Positions 34,711 to 45,143 are shown, counted from the stretch's first letter. The stretch: 64,000 nucleotides of DNA from an uncultured Actinomycetes bacterium (GCA_963742735.1 CAVUMN010000004.1:64001-128000), one strand, 5' to 3'. Notes: generated from the sequence alone by a model not told the origin. Made by a program: numbers and translations.

Positions 34711-36054
34711 CTACGCGCCGCCCACGCTCATCTCGCCGATCAGGACCGTGGGCGAGCCGATGGCGCCGCCGAACCGGAGGTCGGCCCCGACCGCCACGAT
34801 CGCCACCAGCATGTCGATGAGCGTGGACGCGATCGTCATCTCTCGCAGCGGCTCGCCGAGCTCGCCGTTCTCGACCCGGAGGCCGGCGGCGCCGACGCTG
34901 AACTCGCCGCTCACGGGGTTCGCTCCGGAGTGCACCCCGGTGACGTCCTGGACGTAGATCGCCCGCCCGGCTCGGGCCAGGAGCGCGGCGGCGTCCTCGG
35001 TCCCCGGCACCAGGTACAGGTTCGACGGCGACACGCCCGGGAGGCTCCGGTACGAGGCTCGGCCGGCGTTCCCGGTCGAGCTGGTTCCGCCGCGCCGGGC
35101 CGTCGTCGTGTTGTGGAGGAACTCCCGCAGGGTTCCCTCGCCGACGAGCGTCGTCGGCCGGGTCGGCACGCCCTCGTCGTCGAACGGCGAGGCCGCGGGG
35201 CCGTCCAGGAACCGGCCGTCGTCGATGATGGTGACGACGTCCGAGGCGACCTCCTGCCCCTCGCGGCCGGCGAACAACGACCGGCCCTTTTGCACCGACT
35301 CGGCGGAGAGGCCCCCGGCGAGCACGCCGAGGAACGACCCCGCGGCGAGGGGGTCGAGGATCACCGGCAGCCGCTCGGTGGCCGGCTTGGTCGCCCCGAG
35401 CAGGCGAGCGGCGCGCGACGCCGCCTCCCGCGCGACGAGCTGCCAGTCGAGCTCGTCCACGGTCCGCCCGAGACGGAAGTCGTACCCGGTCTGCGTCTCC
35501 CCGTCGCGTTCGGCCATGGCGAACGCCGAGCACCAGCAGTCGGTCCGCTCGTAGCTCGCGGCCAGGCCCTCCGTGGAGGCGATCGCAACCCGCGAGACCG
35601 CGTCGCCGTAGCCGGCCTCCTCGACCTTCTTCACGGCCGGGTCGGCGGTCGTCGCGGCCCGCTCCAGCTCGAGGGCCAGGGAGACCTTCCGCTCCGTGGG
35701 GAGCTCAGCCATCGCCGGGACGTACAGGCCGTCGAGCGGCTCGATCGACTCGGCGGCCGGGAGCCCGAACGCCTCGTCGGGCTCGCCCAGCCGGGCGTTC
35801 TCGCGGGCCTGCCGGACCAGGTCCGCCGCCTCGTCGGGGGAGGGGTCGGTCGCATACGCGTATCCCTGGCGGCCGTCGAGCAGGACCCGGACCCCGAGCC
35901 CGCGCGACTCCGCGAACGAGAGCGACTCGACCTCGCCCGCCCGGGCCTTGACCGACGTGCGCCGGCCCTCCGCCGCGTAGGCCTCCACCGCCTCCCCGTT
36001 GCCGGCGGCGTCCAGCGCGGCCCGGCACAGGTCGTCGAGCTCGGGGGCGGTCAT
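34711..36054 (-). CDS. pmbA: PmbA/TldE family protein
   Basis: GLGVRVL, PFDDEGVP, STGNA, GVHSGANPVSGEFS; no HExxxH. Confidence 0.92.
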   Translation of the reverse strand: MTAPELDDLCRAALDAAGNGEAVEAYAAEGRRTSVKARAGEVESLSFAESRGLGVRVLLDGRQGYAYATDPSPDEAADLVRQARENARLGEPDEAFGLPAAESIEPLDGLYVPAMAELPTERKVSLALELERAATTADPAVKKVEEAGYGDAVSRVAIASTEGLAASYERTDCWCSAFAMAERDGETQTGYDFRLGRTVDELDWQLVAREAASRAARLLGATKPATERLPVILDPLAAGSFLGVLAGGLSAESVQKGRSLFAGREGQEVASDVVTIIDDGRFLDGPAASPFDDEGVPTRPTTLVGEGTLREFLHNTTTARRGGTSSTGNAGRASYRSLPGVSPSNLYLVPGTEDAAALLARAGRAIYVQDVTGVHSGANPVSGEFSVGAAGLRVENGELGEPLREMTIASTLIDMLVAIVAVGADLRFGGAIGSPTVLIGEMSVGGA

Positions 36055-37436
36055 CCGGTTCCGCCCACGGTCATCCGGGTGATCCGAAGGGTGGGGCTGC
36101 CGTTGGACACGGGGACCCCCTGGCCGTCCTTGCCGCACACCCCGTGGAACTCGTCGAAGTCCGAGCCGACCGCGTCGACCAGCGACAGGATCGTCTGGCC
36201 CTGTCCGATCAGGTTGGCACCGCGTGCCGGCCGCGTGATCTCCCCGTTCTCGATCAGGTAGGCCTCCCGGACGCCGAACACGAAGTCGCCGGTCGCGGGG
36301 TTCACCTGGCCGCCGCCGAGCTGCCCGCAGAACAGCCCGCGCTCGGTCCCCGCCAGGATGGCCGCCGGATCGTCGTCGCCGGGCAGGATGTGGGAGTTCG
36401 CCATCCGGGGGATGGGCAGGTTGGCGTAGGACTGGCGGCGGCCATGGCCGTTCGACGGGACGCCGTCGCGTTCGGCGCGCAGGCGGTCGTACAGGTAGTC
36501 GGCCAGCACGCCCTTGTCGAACAGGACGGTTCGCGTGGCGGGGGTGCCCTCGTCGTCGTAGGCGTAGGAGCCCCACGCGTTGGGGATGGTCGCGTCCTCG
36601 ATACCGGTGATGAGCTCCGAGGCAAGCTTCTGGCCCATCTTCCCCAGGTAGATCGAGGCCTCCTTCTGGACGATGTCGGCCTCCAGGCCGTGGCCGCACG
36701 CCTCGTGGAACAGGACCCCGCCGCCGCCCGGCGCGATCACGACCGTCATCTCCCCCGCGGGGGCGGGCACGCCGTCGAGCATCGTCACCGCCTGACGGGC
36801 CGCCTCGCGCGCGGTCTCGACCGGCGGGTAGCGCTCCAGGAGCTCCAGACCGCACAATCCGCCCGGCCCGCGATAGCCCGTCTGGATCACGTCGTCGCGG
36901 GCCGCCACCACCTGGACCATCAGCCGGACCCGCGGGCGAACCTCCTCGGCCCACAGACCCTCGGAGTTCGCCATCAGGATGCGCTGCTCCGAGTCGCCGA
37001 AGGACACGGTGACCTGGCGAACCTCGCCGGCGTAGGCGCGGGCGGCCTCGTCGGCCTCGCGAACCCACTCGACCCGGCGCTCCGAGGGGACCGAGTCGCG
37101 CGGCACTTGGGCCCGGTGGACGACGGGTCGCTCCGAGGTGGTGAAGTCCAGGACGCCGGTGCCGCCGGGGGATCCCTTCGCCGCCGCGGCGGCGGCCTCG
37201 GCGGTACGCACCAGCGACTCCCGATCCCACCGGTTGGTGTGCGCGAAGGCCTGCGACTCGCCGTGGATCACGCGGATCCCGGCGCCCCGGTCCAGGCCCG
37301 TGCTGAGCTCCTCGACCTTGCCGTCGTCCAGGTGGACCGAGGTCGAGGACCGCTCCTCCACGTAGATGTCCGCGAACCGCCCCCCCGAGGCGAGGGCCGC
37401 CGTGAGGGCGCCTCGAACGTCGTCGGGATCGAGCAT
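36051..37436 (-). CDS. tldD: TldD metalloprotease
   Basis: VLFHEACGHGLEAD, YDDEG, PRMAN, GGGQVNP, CGKDGQ. Confidence 0.95.
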   Translation of the reverse strand: MLDPDDVRGALTAALASGGRFADIYVEERSSTSVHLDDGKVEELSTGLDRGAGIRVIHGESQAFAHTNRWDRESLVRTAEAAAAAAKGSPGGTGVLDFTTSERPVVHRAQVPRDSVPSERRVEWVREADEAARAYAGEVRQVTVSFGDSEQRILMANSEGLWAEEVRPRVRLMVQVVAARDDVIQTGYRGPGGLCGLELLERYPPVETAREAARQAVTMLDGVPAPAGEMTVVIAPGGGGVLFHEACGHGLEADIVQKEASIYLGKMGQKLASELITGIEDATIPNAWGSYAYDDEGTPATRTVLFDKGVLADYLYDRLRAERDGVPSNGHGRRQSYANLPIPRMANSHILPGDDDPAAILAGTERGLFCGQLGGGQVNPATGDFVFGVREAYLIENGEITRPARGANLIGQGQTILSLVDAVGSDFDEFHGVCGKDGQGVPVSNGSPTLRITRMTVGGTG

Positions 37437-37463
37437 GGGCGCGCATCGTACACTCGGCCGCCA

Positions 37464-39611
37464 GTGAGAACCCGCGCCGCGGCGGCCCTGATCGGGCTCG
37501 CCCTTCCGTTCATCCCGGCTCCCGCCCACGCGCAGGAGTCCCGCGCCGATCGGGTCGTGATCGTCGTCCTCGACCGCGTGCGGGTCGACGACATGCTGGG
37601 GATCCCCGCGGTGCAGCGGCTCTCGGGCGCGGCCGCCTTCGGCGTGCTGTCGACGGCCGGACGGGGCGTGGTCACGCCGTTCGTGGGCGCCCTGTCGATC
37701 TCGGCGGGCACGCGGGCCGTGGCCGCCGACCCGGCCACCCACTTCCTGACCATCCCGCCGGGCCCGATCAACGAACCGTTCCTGGTCGGCACCGTGGGCG
37801 AGGCCTACGCCGCGCGGACCGGCCGGGTCGTGCCTCCTGCCCGCCCCAACGGCCACGGCCCCTTCCTGTATCCGGACATCGTCGACGTCCAAGGTGCGAA
37901 CGCCCGGGCCGACGTCCGGGCCGTTCCCGGCCTGCTCGGCCAGAGCGTGCTCGACGCGGGGCTGCGGGTGTCGGTGGCGTCCTACGACGGGGCCGACATC
38001 GCCCGGCTGGCTCCGCTCGTCGTGATGGACGAGGACGGCGTCGTCCCGTGGGGAATCCTCATGGACCGCCGCGACCCGGCCGCGGCGGGCGACGCGGTCG
38101 CCTCCGCGCTCTCCCGCGGGGACCTGGTGGCCATCGACGGTGGAAGCGTCGCCACCGCGACCACGCTGCTCCCCCAGGTGATCCGCCGGCTGGGCCCCGA
38201 CGACGCCCTCATCGTCCTGGCCGCCGACCCGCCCCGCGAGGTCAGCAAGGAGCACACGTGGCTCTCACCGGTGATGGCGCGCGGGCCGGGGCTCCCCGCG
38301 GGACTGCTCACGTCGACCAGCACCCGGCGCTCGGGCGTGGTCTCGAACGTGGACGTGCTGCCCACGGTGCTGGCCTGGCTGGGAGTGGAGGCGCCCGAGG
38401 GGCTGGTCGGCCAGCGGTTCGAGTCCACGGCCGACGAGGACCCGCTCGCGCGGACCGCCGAGGACTTCGCCGACTACCGGCGCATCGCCCGCCAGCGCGG
38501 CGAGGTGTTCCAGGCCCTGTCGGTCTTCGCGATCCTGGCCATGGCCCTCGCCGGGATCGCCTCGTTCCGGCGCGACAGCTCGGCACCCGGGATCCTTCGC
38601 GTCGCGCTGCTGGGCGCGGCGTCGAGCCCGCTGGTCCTGCTGATCGAACCGCTGGTCGCGTCCGAGCGGCTGGGCCTGACGCTGCTCTTCCTGTTCGGGG
38701 CCTCGCTCGCGATCGGTGCCGTGGTGGCGCGGTTGGTTCCCGAGAACCGCGTGGCGTTCGGGATCGTCGGCGGCGCGTCGGTTGCGGTCCTGCTGGTGGA
38801 CGTCCTGCTCGGGAGCCCGCTCGCGGCGCGCTCGATCCTGGGGTTCACCGTGGCGGGCGGGACCCGCTTCTACGGGCTCGCGAGCGAGGAGATGGGCGTC
38901 GCCCTGGCCGGCCTGTTCCTGACCGTCGGCCTGATCGTCGACGCCCGGCCGGACCGGCGGCGGTGGGCCTACGCGGGTGCCGCCCTGGCCGTCCTGATCT
39001 TCGCGGCGCCGCCGTTCGGGGCGAAGTTCGGGATGCTCCTCACCGCCATCCCGGCTCTCGCGGTGGCGTGGCTCACGTTCGAGGGCCGGCGTCTGACCCG
39101 CGAGACCGCGCTGCTCACCGCGGCGGTGCTCGTCGCGAGCGTGGGCCTGGCCGCGGCCGCGGGCCTCATCGCGGGGACCGGCGGCTCGCACATCGGGGTG
39201 GAGACGCGCGTCCTGGGCGAGGCCGGCGCCAGCGCCGCCGTGTCGGTCTTCCTGCGCCGCGCCGCCGTGGCCTTCCGACTCCTGCTGACGTTCTGGGCGT
39301 GGCTGGTGGCCGCCGGGTTCGCGACGCTGGCGTTCGCCGCGTTCCTTCGCCGAGACCGCCTGCGGCTCGCGCTCGCCCCGCATCCGGGGCTGCGAGGGGC
39401 GATCGCCGGGCTGGGCGTTGCCGCGCTGGCGGCGCTCCTCACCAACGATGCGGGAGCGGTGATCGTGGCGACCATGGTGCTGGTGGCCGGGCCCGCGCTG
39501 ATGGCGGAGCTGGCCTCGCAGCCGCCCGATCAGCGGCGGGCGAGCAGCACCGTGCGAAGGTCGAGCAGCGACGCGACCAGGAGCCCCAGCATGATCGGGG
39601 CGATCACGTAG
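37464..39611 (+). CDS. Alkaline-phosphatase-like extracellular domain fused to a multi-TM domain
   Basis: Signal peptide; VVIVVLD; LTSTSTRRSGVVSNVDVLPT; RFYG; LTNDAG; about 10 TM. Confidence 0.75.
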   Translation: MRTRAAAALIGLALPFIPAPAHAQESRADRVVIVVLDRVRVDDMLGIPAVQRLSGAAAFGVLSTAGRGVVTPFVGALSISAGTRAVAADPATHFLTIPPGPINEPFLVGTVGEAYAARTGRVVPPARPNGHGPFLYPDIVDVQGANARADVRAVPGLLGQSVLDAGLRVSVASYDGADIARLAPLVVMDEDGVVPWGILMDRRDPAAAGDAVASALSRGDLVAIDGGSVATATTLLPQVIRRLGPDDALIVLAADPPREVSKEHTWLSPVMARGPGLPAGLLTSTSTRRSGVVSNVDVLPTVLAWLGVEAPEGLVGQRFESTADEDPLARTAEDFADYRRIARQRGEVFQALSVFAILAMALAGIASFRRDSSAPGILRVALLGAASSPLVLLIEPLVASERLGLTLLFLFGASLAIGAVVARLVPENRVAFGIVGGASVAVLLVDVLLGSPLAARSILGFTVAGGTRFYGLASEEMGVALAGLFLTVGLIVDARPDRRRWAYAGAALAVLIFAAPPFGAKFGMLLTAIPALAVAWLTFEGRRLTRETALLTAAVLVASVGLAAAAGLIAGTGGSHIGVETRVLGEAGASAAVSVFLRRAAVAFRLLLTFWAWLVAAGFATLAFAAFLRRDRLRLALAPHPGLRGAIAGLGVAALAALLTNDAGAVIVATMVLVAGPALMAELASQPPDQRRASSTVRRSSSDATRSPSMIGAIT

Positions 39612-41023
39612 TGCACCGTGAAGATCATCGCGCTCCACACCCCTGAGTCGAACGAGGGCTCGGCGGGAATCCCGGTCAGCGCGAGCAGCGCGCTCACGCA
39701 GATGCCGACCACGATCGGGACGGGACGCGTGGTGAGGGCCAGCGCCGGCAGGAACCAGACCACGTACCAGGGCAGCAGGTACGCGGCGCACAACGACGTC
39801 ACCAGCAGGCCCCATCCCCACGCTTCCGCCGGACCGATCCGGCGGTCTCCGCGCGGAATCCGGCGCAAGATCAGGAACAGCACCGCGAGGCCCAGCGCGG
39901 TGAACCCGGCCTGGGTCAGCGCGGCCAGCGCCTCCCTGACGTCGAGCCCGCCACCCAGGTCGGTGCCGGCGTCCCCGGCCTTGCGGACGAGGAGCCGCAC
40001 CGGGCTCGCCCAGCCGAGGCGCGAGACCAGCGTCGCGAACGAGCTCAGCGTCGCCCGGGAGTAGCCGAACGGCGCGAACAGCACCGCGGTGATCCCCGTC
40101 GCGAGCGCCAGGTGCGGCCACGTCGCGCGGACCCGGTCGCGCAGCCGGGGTCCGGCCCGCAACCACACCGCCCCGAGGGCCAGGCCGAGGGGCACCGCCG
40201 CCACCAGCTTCACCAGCGTCCCCAGGGTCAGGACCACGGTGGCGGCGAGCGGCCGGCGGCCCCACAGGGCCAGCGCGCCGACCACGGCCAGACCGACCAG
40301 CACGTCGTTGTGCCCGCCGCCCACGGTGTGGAACAGGATCACCGGATTCAGCCCCAGGAGCACCGCCGCGAACGCGCCCCGGCCCGGCCGCGCCCGCTCG
40401 GCCAGGCGCACGGCGATCACCACGGTGGCCGCCGCCGCGATCGACGACAGGGCCTTGAACGCGAACACCGAGCCCGCCACCGAGCCGAACGCGCGGACGA
40501 TCCCGCCCGAGGCGATCGTGAACGCCGGACCGTAGACCGACCGGGCATCGATCCACTCCCCCGACACCACGTAGACGAACGGGTCCTGCCGGAACTCGAG
40601 GGGCGGGTGGATGTACGGGTTCGACCCCCACACCGCCCAGATCCGTCCGTAGCTGGCGTACGAGTAGACGTCGCGGGACAGCAGCGGCGGCAGGAAGGTC
40701 ACCGCCGCGATCAGACCGAGCGCGGTCCACACCGCGGCGCGGGTCGACAGCCGTCCGTTCCACGCCAGCAGACACAGGGCAAGGAACGCGATCACCGCGA
40801 TCCCCACCAGCATCGACGCTCGCAGCGTCGCGACGCCCGAGTCGATTCCCTCGAGCCCGATCGAACGCGCCAGCCGCCCGAGCGCGGCCGGTGGAGCCAT
40901 ACCCTCGGGCAACGGAGGCAGCAGCGGAGAGGGGCTCAGGCCGGCGAGGATCGCCAGTCCCGCCGTGGCGGTAACCAGCAGTCCCAACCAGGGGGCGGGA
41001 GAGGTGAATCCCGGACGCGGCAC
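39530..41023 (-). CDS. GT-C glycosyltransferase (MptB-like, GT87)
   Basis: PPLLSRDVYSY..GR..NPY, SVYGP, LNP..GGGHND, LVK, LPWY. Confidence 0.88.
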   Translation of the reverse strand: MPRPGFTSPAPWLGLLVTATAGLAILAGLSPSPLLPPLPEGMAPPAALGRLARSIGLEGIDSGVATLRASMLVGIAVIAFLALCLLAWNGRLSTRAAVWTALGLIAAVTFLPPLLSRDVYSYASYGRIWAVWGSNPYIHPPLEFRQDPFVYVVSGEWIDARSVYGPAFTIASGGIVRAFGSVAGSVFAFKALSSIAAAATVVIAVRLAERARPGRGAFAAVLLGLNPVILFHTVGGGHNDVLVGLAVVGALALWGRRPLAATVVLTLGTLVKLVAAVPLGLALGAVWLRAGPRLRDRVRATWPHLALATGITAVLFAPFGYSRATLSSFATLVSRLGWASPVRLLVRKAGDAGTDLGGGLDVREALAALTQAGFTALGLAVLFLILRRIPRGDRRIGPAEAWGWGLLVTSLCAAYLLPWYVVWFLPALALTTRPVPIVVGICVSALLALTGIPAEPSFDSGVWSAMIFTVHYVIAPIMLGLLVASLLDLRTVLLARR

Positions 41024-41051
41024 GGGCGACAGCGTACGTAGAATGCCGCCG

Positions 41052-42908
41052 ATGGGTGTCTCCGGATCCCTCCGCGCACCCCGCATGTTCGCGCTGGTCG
41101 CCGGCACCCTGCTCGTCTTCTTCCTCGTCCCGGTCATGGTGCATGCCTTCCCGTTCCCCGTCGGGCCGGACGTCCCGTACTACGTGTGGTCGACGCGGCT
41201 TGCCGGCGAGTTCGGGCTGTCGGTCACCGACTTCCGTCCGGGGTTGCACGCGCTGCTCCTGGCGCTGTCGGGAGGGACGGGCCTGTCGGTCCTGCAGCTG
41301 CTGGGCGCCGTCGCGATCGCCCTCGCGGTGTCGGCGGGCCTGGCCGCCGCGGCGCTGGCCGATCGCGGGCTCGGCCGCGATCCCCTTCGCACCGCCGTGA
41401 TCGGGGTGGCCACGGGCGCGTTCACCGCGCGCCTCGCGTCGGGGTTCATCGCGAACCTGCTCTTCGCCGCGCTGTTCCTGGCCGCGCTGGCGGTGATCCT
41501 CGGACGCCGCCGGCCCGCCTCGGCCGCCCTGGCCGCGGGGTTCCTCGGCGCGGCCGGCCTGTCGCACGGGCTGTTCGTGGCCGTCGGCGCGGCCGTCCTG
41601 GGGTTGGCGGCGGTCGCCCGGCTGGTCACCGGCCGGCGGACCGACCCGGGCGCGACCCAGCGCGACCTCCGCCGCATGGCGGCGGCCGCACTGGGCGGCG
41701 GGGCGATTACCGCCGTCGGGTTCCTGGGCGCGTCGCTCGGGCGGCCCCTCTCCCAGGAGGAGCACGTCCACACGCGCGACGCGTTCCTGCGGCGGGCGGG
41801 GCTGCAGGCCTCGGTCGCCGGCGCCTACGTCTCGCGGCTGGGCGAGGCCGTTCGCGCCTTCGCCCTGCCGGCGACCCTCCCGCTGGCGGGGGTCGGCGGC
41901 GCCTGGCTGGCCCGGGCTCGACGGGCGATCGATCCGCTGTTCGGCTGCCTCCTCGCGGCGTGGGCCGCGGTGACTGCGGGCGGCATCGCCGTCGCCCTGG
42001 CCACCGACGAGATCCCCGCGGGGAGGGTGCTGAACTTCGCGCTGGTGCTGCCGATCGCGGCGGGTGCCGGCGCCGTCGGGCTGGCCCGGTGGGCCGGGTC
42101 GCGGCACCGGGAGCTCGGGGCGATCCTCGGGGTGGTCCTGTTCGTCGCCCTGCTGGCGGGGCCGTTCCGGGCGTGGAACGCGACGCATCCGTTCACGTCG
42201 AGGACCGACCTGGCCGCGGTGCGCGCCGCGGCCGAGCGGATCGTCGAGCTGCCGCCGCGTACCCCCCTCGTGTTCGTCATCGACCACCACGGGCCCCACG
42301 CCGGCTTCGAGCTCAGCCGCTACGTGAACGTGACCCGGATGGGCCTGCCCCCCGAGCGCCAGGACGACGTGGCGTTCTTCATCGGGGGCGCCGAGGACTA
42401 CGAGGAGCGCCGGCCCGGCACGGCGGAGGACTCGGAGCACGACGGCATCGCGGCCGACGCGTTCGCGCGGCTCGGGCCGGTCCTGGAGGAGGACCACGCC
42501 GCGTTCCTGCTTCGTCCGTTCAACCAGGAGGGCTGGGATCCCGACGCGGGGACATCCCTATCGCCGCTGGTCCGGCTGATCGGCGACCCGGGCCTCAGCG
42601 CGCGGCCGCCCGGGGGGGAGGACGTCCCCGATACGGAGGGGCTGCATCCGGGACTGCTGCCGTTCGTGACGCTCGGACTCCTGGCCCTGCTGACGCTGGC
42701 CGGGCTGGGGTGGGTCCGGTGGCTGGGACCGGCGATGGAGGAGGCCGAGCGGTGGGCGCTGTCGCCGGCCGCGGGCGCCGGGGCGATCGTGCTCGCCGGA
42801 GTGGTCGTGGACACCCTGGGCCTCGGCCTCGGGTCCTGGGGCGGCGCCGCGCTCGCGCTCGCCCTCGCCGGCAGCGCCCTGGCGTGGCGGCGCGCCGGCC
42901 GCGCGTAG
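41052..42908 (+). CDS. Polytopic membrane protein, possible GT-C fold
   Basis: GPDVPYY after the first TM; more than 10 TM; extracellular C-terminal domain. Confidence 0.6.
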   Translation: MGVSGSLRAPRMFALVAGTLLVFFLVPVMVHAFPFPVGPDVPYYVWSTRLAGEFGLSVTDFRPGLHALLLALSGGTGLSVLQLLGAVAIALAVSAGLAAAALADRGLGRDPLRTAVIGVATGAFTARLASGFIANLLFAALFLAALAVILGRRRPASAALAAGFLGAAGLSHGLFVAVGAAVLGLAAVARLVTGRRTDPGATQRDLRRMAAAALGGGAITAVGFLGASLGRPLSQEEHVHTRDAFLRRAGLQASVAGAYVSRLGEAVRAFALPATLPLAGVGGAWLARARRAIDPLFGCLLAAWAAVTAGGIAVALATDEIPAGRVLNFALVLPIAAGAGAVGLARWAGSRHRELGAILGVVLFVALLAGPFRAWNATHPFTSRTDLAAVRAAAERIVELPPRTPLVFVIDHHGPHAGFELSRYVNVTRMGLPPERQDDVAFFIGGAEDYEERRPGTAEDSEHDGIAADAFARLGPVLEEDHAAFLLRPFNQEGWDPDAGTSLSPLVRLIGDPGLSARPPGGEDVPDTEGLHPGLLPFVTLGLLALLTLAGLGWVRWLGPAMEEAERWALSPAAGAGAIVLAGVVVDTLGLGLGSWGGAALALALAGSALAWRRAGRA

Positions 42909-42915
42909 CCCACGG

Positions 42916-43839
42916 TCAGCCGAGCACGGCGACCATGGCCATCCGGTCGCGGAAGTCCGGCGAGACCTGGCGATCGGCCGCCCCCGCCCGATCGAGGACC
43001 GTGACGCCGGCGCGGGCGAGCGCCGGCGCGTAGCCCGCCACCCGCTCCGCGTAATAGCGGGCGGAGAACGTCTTGGGGTGGGTCCGGACGATCCTCGGGA
43101 CGAACCCGTGCCGGCGCAGGAGCCGCTCGAGCGAGCCGCGGGTGAAGTACTGAACGTGCATGGGAAGGACCGACCACCACCGGCGCCCGAGCGCGCGGGC
43201 CACCCGGCTTCCGGCGTCGGGCGTGGTCAGGAACAGCGCACCGCCCGGCTCGAGCAGGCCGGCCGCCCGGTCGAGGGCCTCGCCCGGCTCGGCGAGGTGC
43301 TCGATCACGTCGGACATGGCCACGGCCCGGAACGAGGCGGGCTCCAGGTCCGCCTCCTCGAACGCCTGGGTTCGGGCGTCCACGCCCCGCGACCGGGCGC
43401 GCTCGGACGCCCACCGGGACGGCTCCACCCCGACGGCCTCCCACCCTCGTTGCCCCGCGGCCAGCGGGAACGAACCCGTCCAGCAGCCCACGTCGAGCAG
43501 GCGGCCCGGGCGCACCACACGCTCGAGCAGGGCCAGCCCGTCGTGCGCGGTGCGCACCTGGCCGGCCTCCTCGCGCACCGAGACGGGGTCGGCCGCGTCG
43601 GCGTACGCCTCGCGGAGAGCCTCGGCCGGTGGAGCCTCGGCCAGCGAGCCGTGGCCGCAGGTCTCGCAGCGGATCACCATGGCGGCCGTCTGGCCGAACC
43701 GGCCCGAGCTGGGGCGGAACGCTTCCGCGCTGACGCCGTCCTCGATCCGGCCGGGCGGGACGCGCCACGCGGCCCGCCCACGGGCGCCGTCGCAGACCGG
43801 GCACCGCCACGCCGCCGGGACCGCGGCCGGGCTCCTCAC
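42916..43839 (-). CDS. Class I SAM-dependent methyltransferase with Zn-ribbon
   Basis: CPVC..CETCG, LLDVGCWTG, DVIEH, LTTPD. Confidence 0.88.
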   Translation of the reverse strand: MRSPAAVPAAWRCPVCDGARGRAAWRVPPGRIEDGVSAEAFRPSSGRFGQTAAMVIRCETCGHGSLAEAPPAEALREAYADAADPVSVREEAGQVRTAHDGLALLERVVRPGRLLDVGCWTGSFPLAAGQRGWEAVGVEPSRWASERARSRGVDARTQAFEEADLEPASFRAVAMSDVIEHLAEPGEALDRAAGLLEPGGALFLTTPDAGSRVARALGRRWWSVLPMHVQYFTRGSLERLLRRHGFVPRIVRTHPKTFSARYYAERVAGYAPALARAGVTVLDRAGAADRQVSPDFRDRMAMVAVLG

Positions 43840-45143
43840 ACCGACACGCGAGCCGAGCCGAGCATCTCCTCCGCGACCCGGATCGCGCGCTTCAGCCCCT
43901 CGTCCATCCCTCGGTCCTCGGGGTAGATCTGGGCGGTCGTCGACAGGTACAGGCCGGGGAGGTGCGCGGCGGTGGGTGGGATGCGTCCCAGGTGGCCCAG
44001 CTCGGGAAGCGGAGCGGCGTAGGGTGTCCGGAACGGCGTGACCTTCAGCACCTCGTTCGCGGAGAGGCCGGGAAGGTGCTCGGCGAGGACGTCCACCCAT
44101 CGCGCGGCCTCGGCGGCGGGGTCCTCGGTCGCCACCGGCTCGTCGAGCGTGTGGTACCGGCTCAGGTACACGACCGTTCGGCCCCCGTAGTCCTCGGCGG
44201 GGACCAGGTTGGTGTGCTCGATGATGCCGCCGAACGGAAGCAGCGGATCGCACACGTTGGTCCAGTAGATGTCGCCGAGCGGTCTCGCGAGCTCCACGAC
44301 GACGCACAGCACGCCGAGCCGGCCGATGGCGCCCCACCGCGGATCGCGCAGCGGCTCGGGGACCAGGCGCTCGATGCCGGGCAGCGTCCCCGCGTAGAGC
44401 ACCGCGTCGGCCTCGACCTCCACGGAATCGATTGCGACACCGCGGACCCCGGACTCGTCGGCCAGGATCCCGGTCGCCCCCTCGCCAAGGCGCAGGTCGA
44501 CGCCCTCCCGGCGGAGCTCGCCCTCGAGCGCGTCGAACAGCTGGCGGAACCCGCCGCGCAGATACCCGAGGACCTCCCGGCCCCGCCGCCGCCCGCCGGC
44601 CCGCTGCCGGAACCGGCCCCACATCCAGGCGGCCGGCACGTTGCCCGCGGCGTGACCGAACCGTGCCCGCAGCAAGGGCTCCCAGACCACCCGTCGGGCG
44701 TTCGCCCCCGTCAGCCCCTCCAGCCAGTCGAGCGCGGTGACCCCGTCCAGCGCCGTCCAGTCCTTCTCCCGGGCCAGCCGCAGGGCGCCGAGGCCGGTCC
44801 GCACGCGGTCGAGCGGCGGAAGCGGGCCGAACCGGAGCAGGTCGCCGGCGGAGGTGAAGGGCCACACGCGGCCCTCGCGGAGCACCCCGACCGAGCTCCG
44901 GAACCACCCGAGCTTGTCGCCCAGGCCGAGCCGGCGGATCAGCTCCACGATGTCGGTCTCGTGCGGGAAGACGTGGTGGTAGAAGCACTCGAGTGGCGTC
45001 CCGGCGACCTCGAAGCTGACGACCAGGCCGCCGAGGTGCTCGGTCCGCTCGACGACCACGACCTCCACACCGGCCCGCCGCAGGTGCAGGGCCGCACCGG
45101 CGCCCCCGATCCCGCCGCCGACGACCACCACCCGGCGGGTCAC
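43836..45143 (-). CDS. FAD-dependent oxidoreductase (amine oxidase/protoporphyrinogen oxidase-like)
   Basis: VVVGGGIGG, LGGL, FYHH, LGYLRGGF, IYPEDRG. Confidence 0.85.
   Translation of the reverse strand: MTRRVVVVGGGIGGAGAALHLRRAGVEVVVVERTEHLGGLVVSFEVAGTPLECFYHHVFPHETDIVELIRRLGLGDKLGWFRSSVGVLREGRVWPFTSAGDLLRFGPLPPLDRVRTGLGALRLAREKDWTALDGVTALDWLEGLTGANARRVVWEPLLRARFGHAAGNVPAAWMWGRFRQRAGGRRRGREVLGYLRGGFRQLFDALEGELRREGVDLRLGEGATGILADESGVRGVAIDSVEVEADAVLYAGTLPGIERLVPEPLRDPRWGAIGRLGVLCVVVELARPLGDIYWTNVCDPLLPFGGIIEHTNLVPAEDYGGRTVVYLSRYHTLDEPVATEDPAAEAARWVDVLAEHLPGLSANEVLKVTPFRTPYAAPLPELGHLGRIPPTAAHLPGLYLSTTAQIYPEDRGMDEGLKRAIRVAEEMLGSARVSV

Noticed and set aside
30726-37436. Halogenase plus TldD/PmbA as a RiPP cluster
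   Set aside because: No precursor peptide or RiPP maturase seen; TldD/E are housekeeping, on the opposite strand and separated by uppP.
34711-37446. Apparent 911-aa fusion across tldD/pmbA, and similar long N-extensions (28586-30166, 36144-39611, 42916-44988, 43836-45950)
   Set aside because: Open upstream frames only; true starts are internal, several with ATGA/GTGA overlaps.
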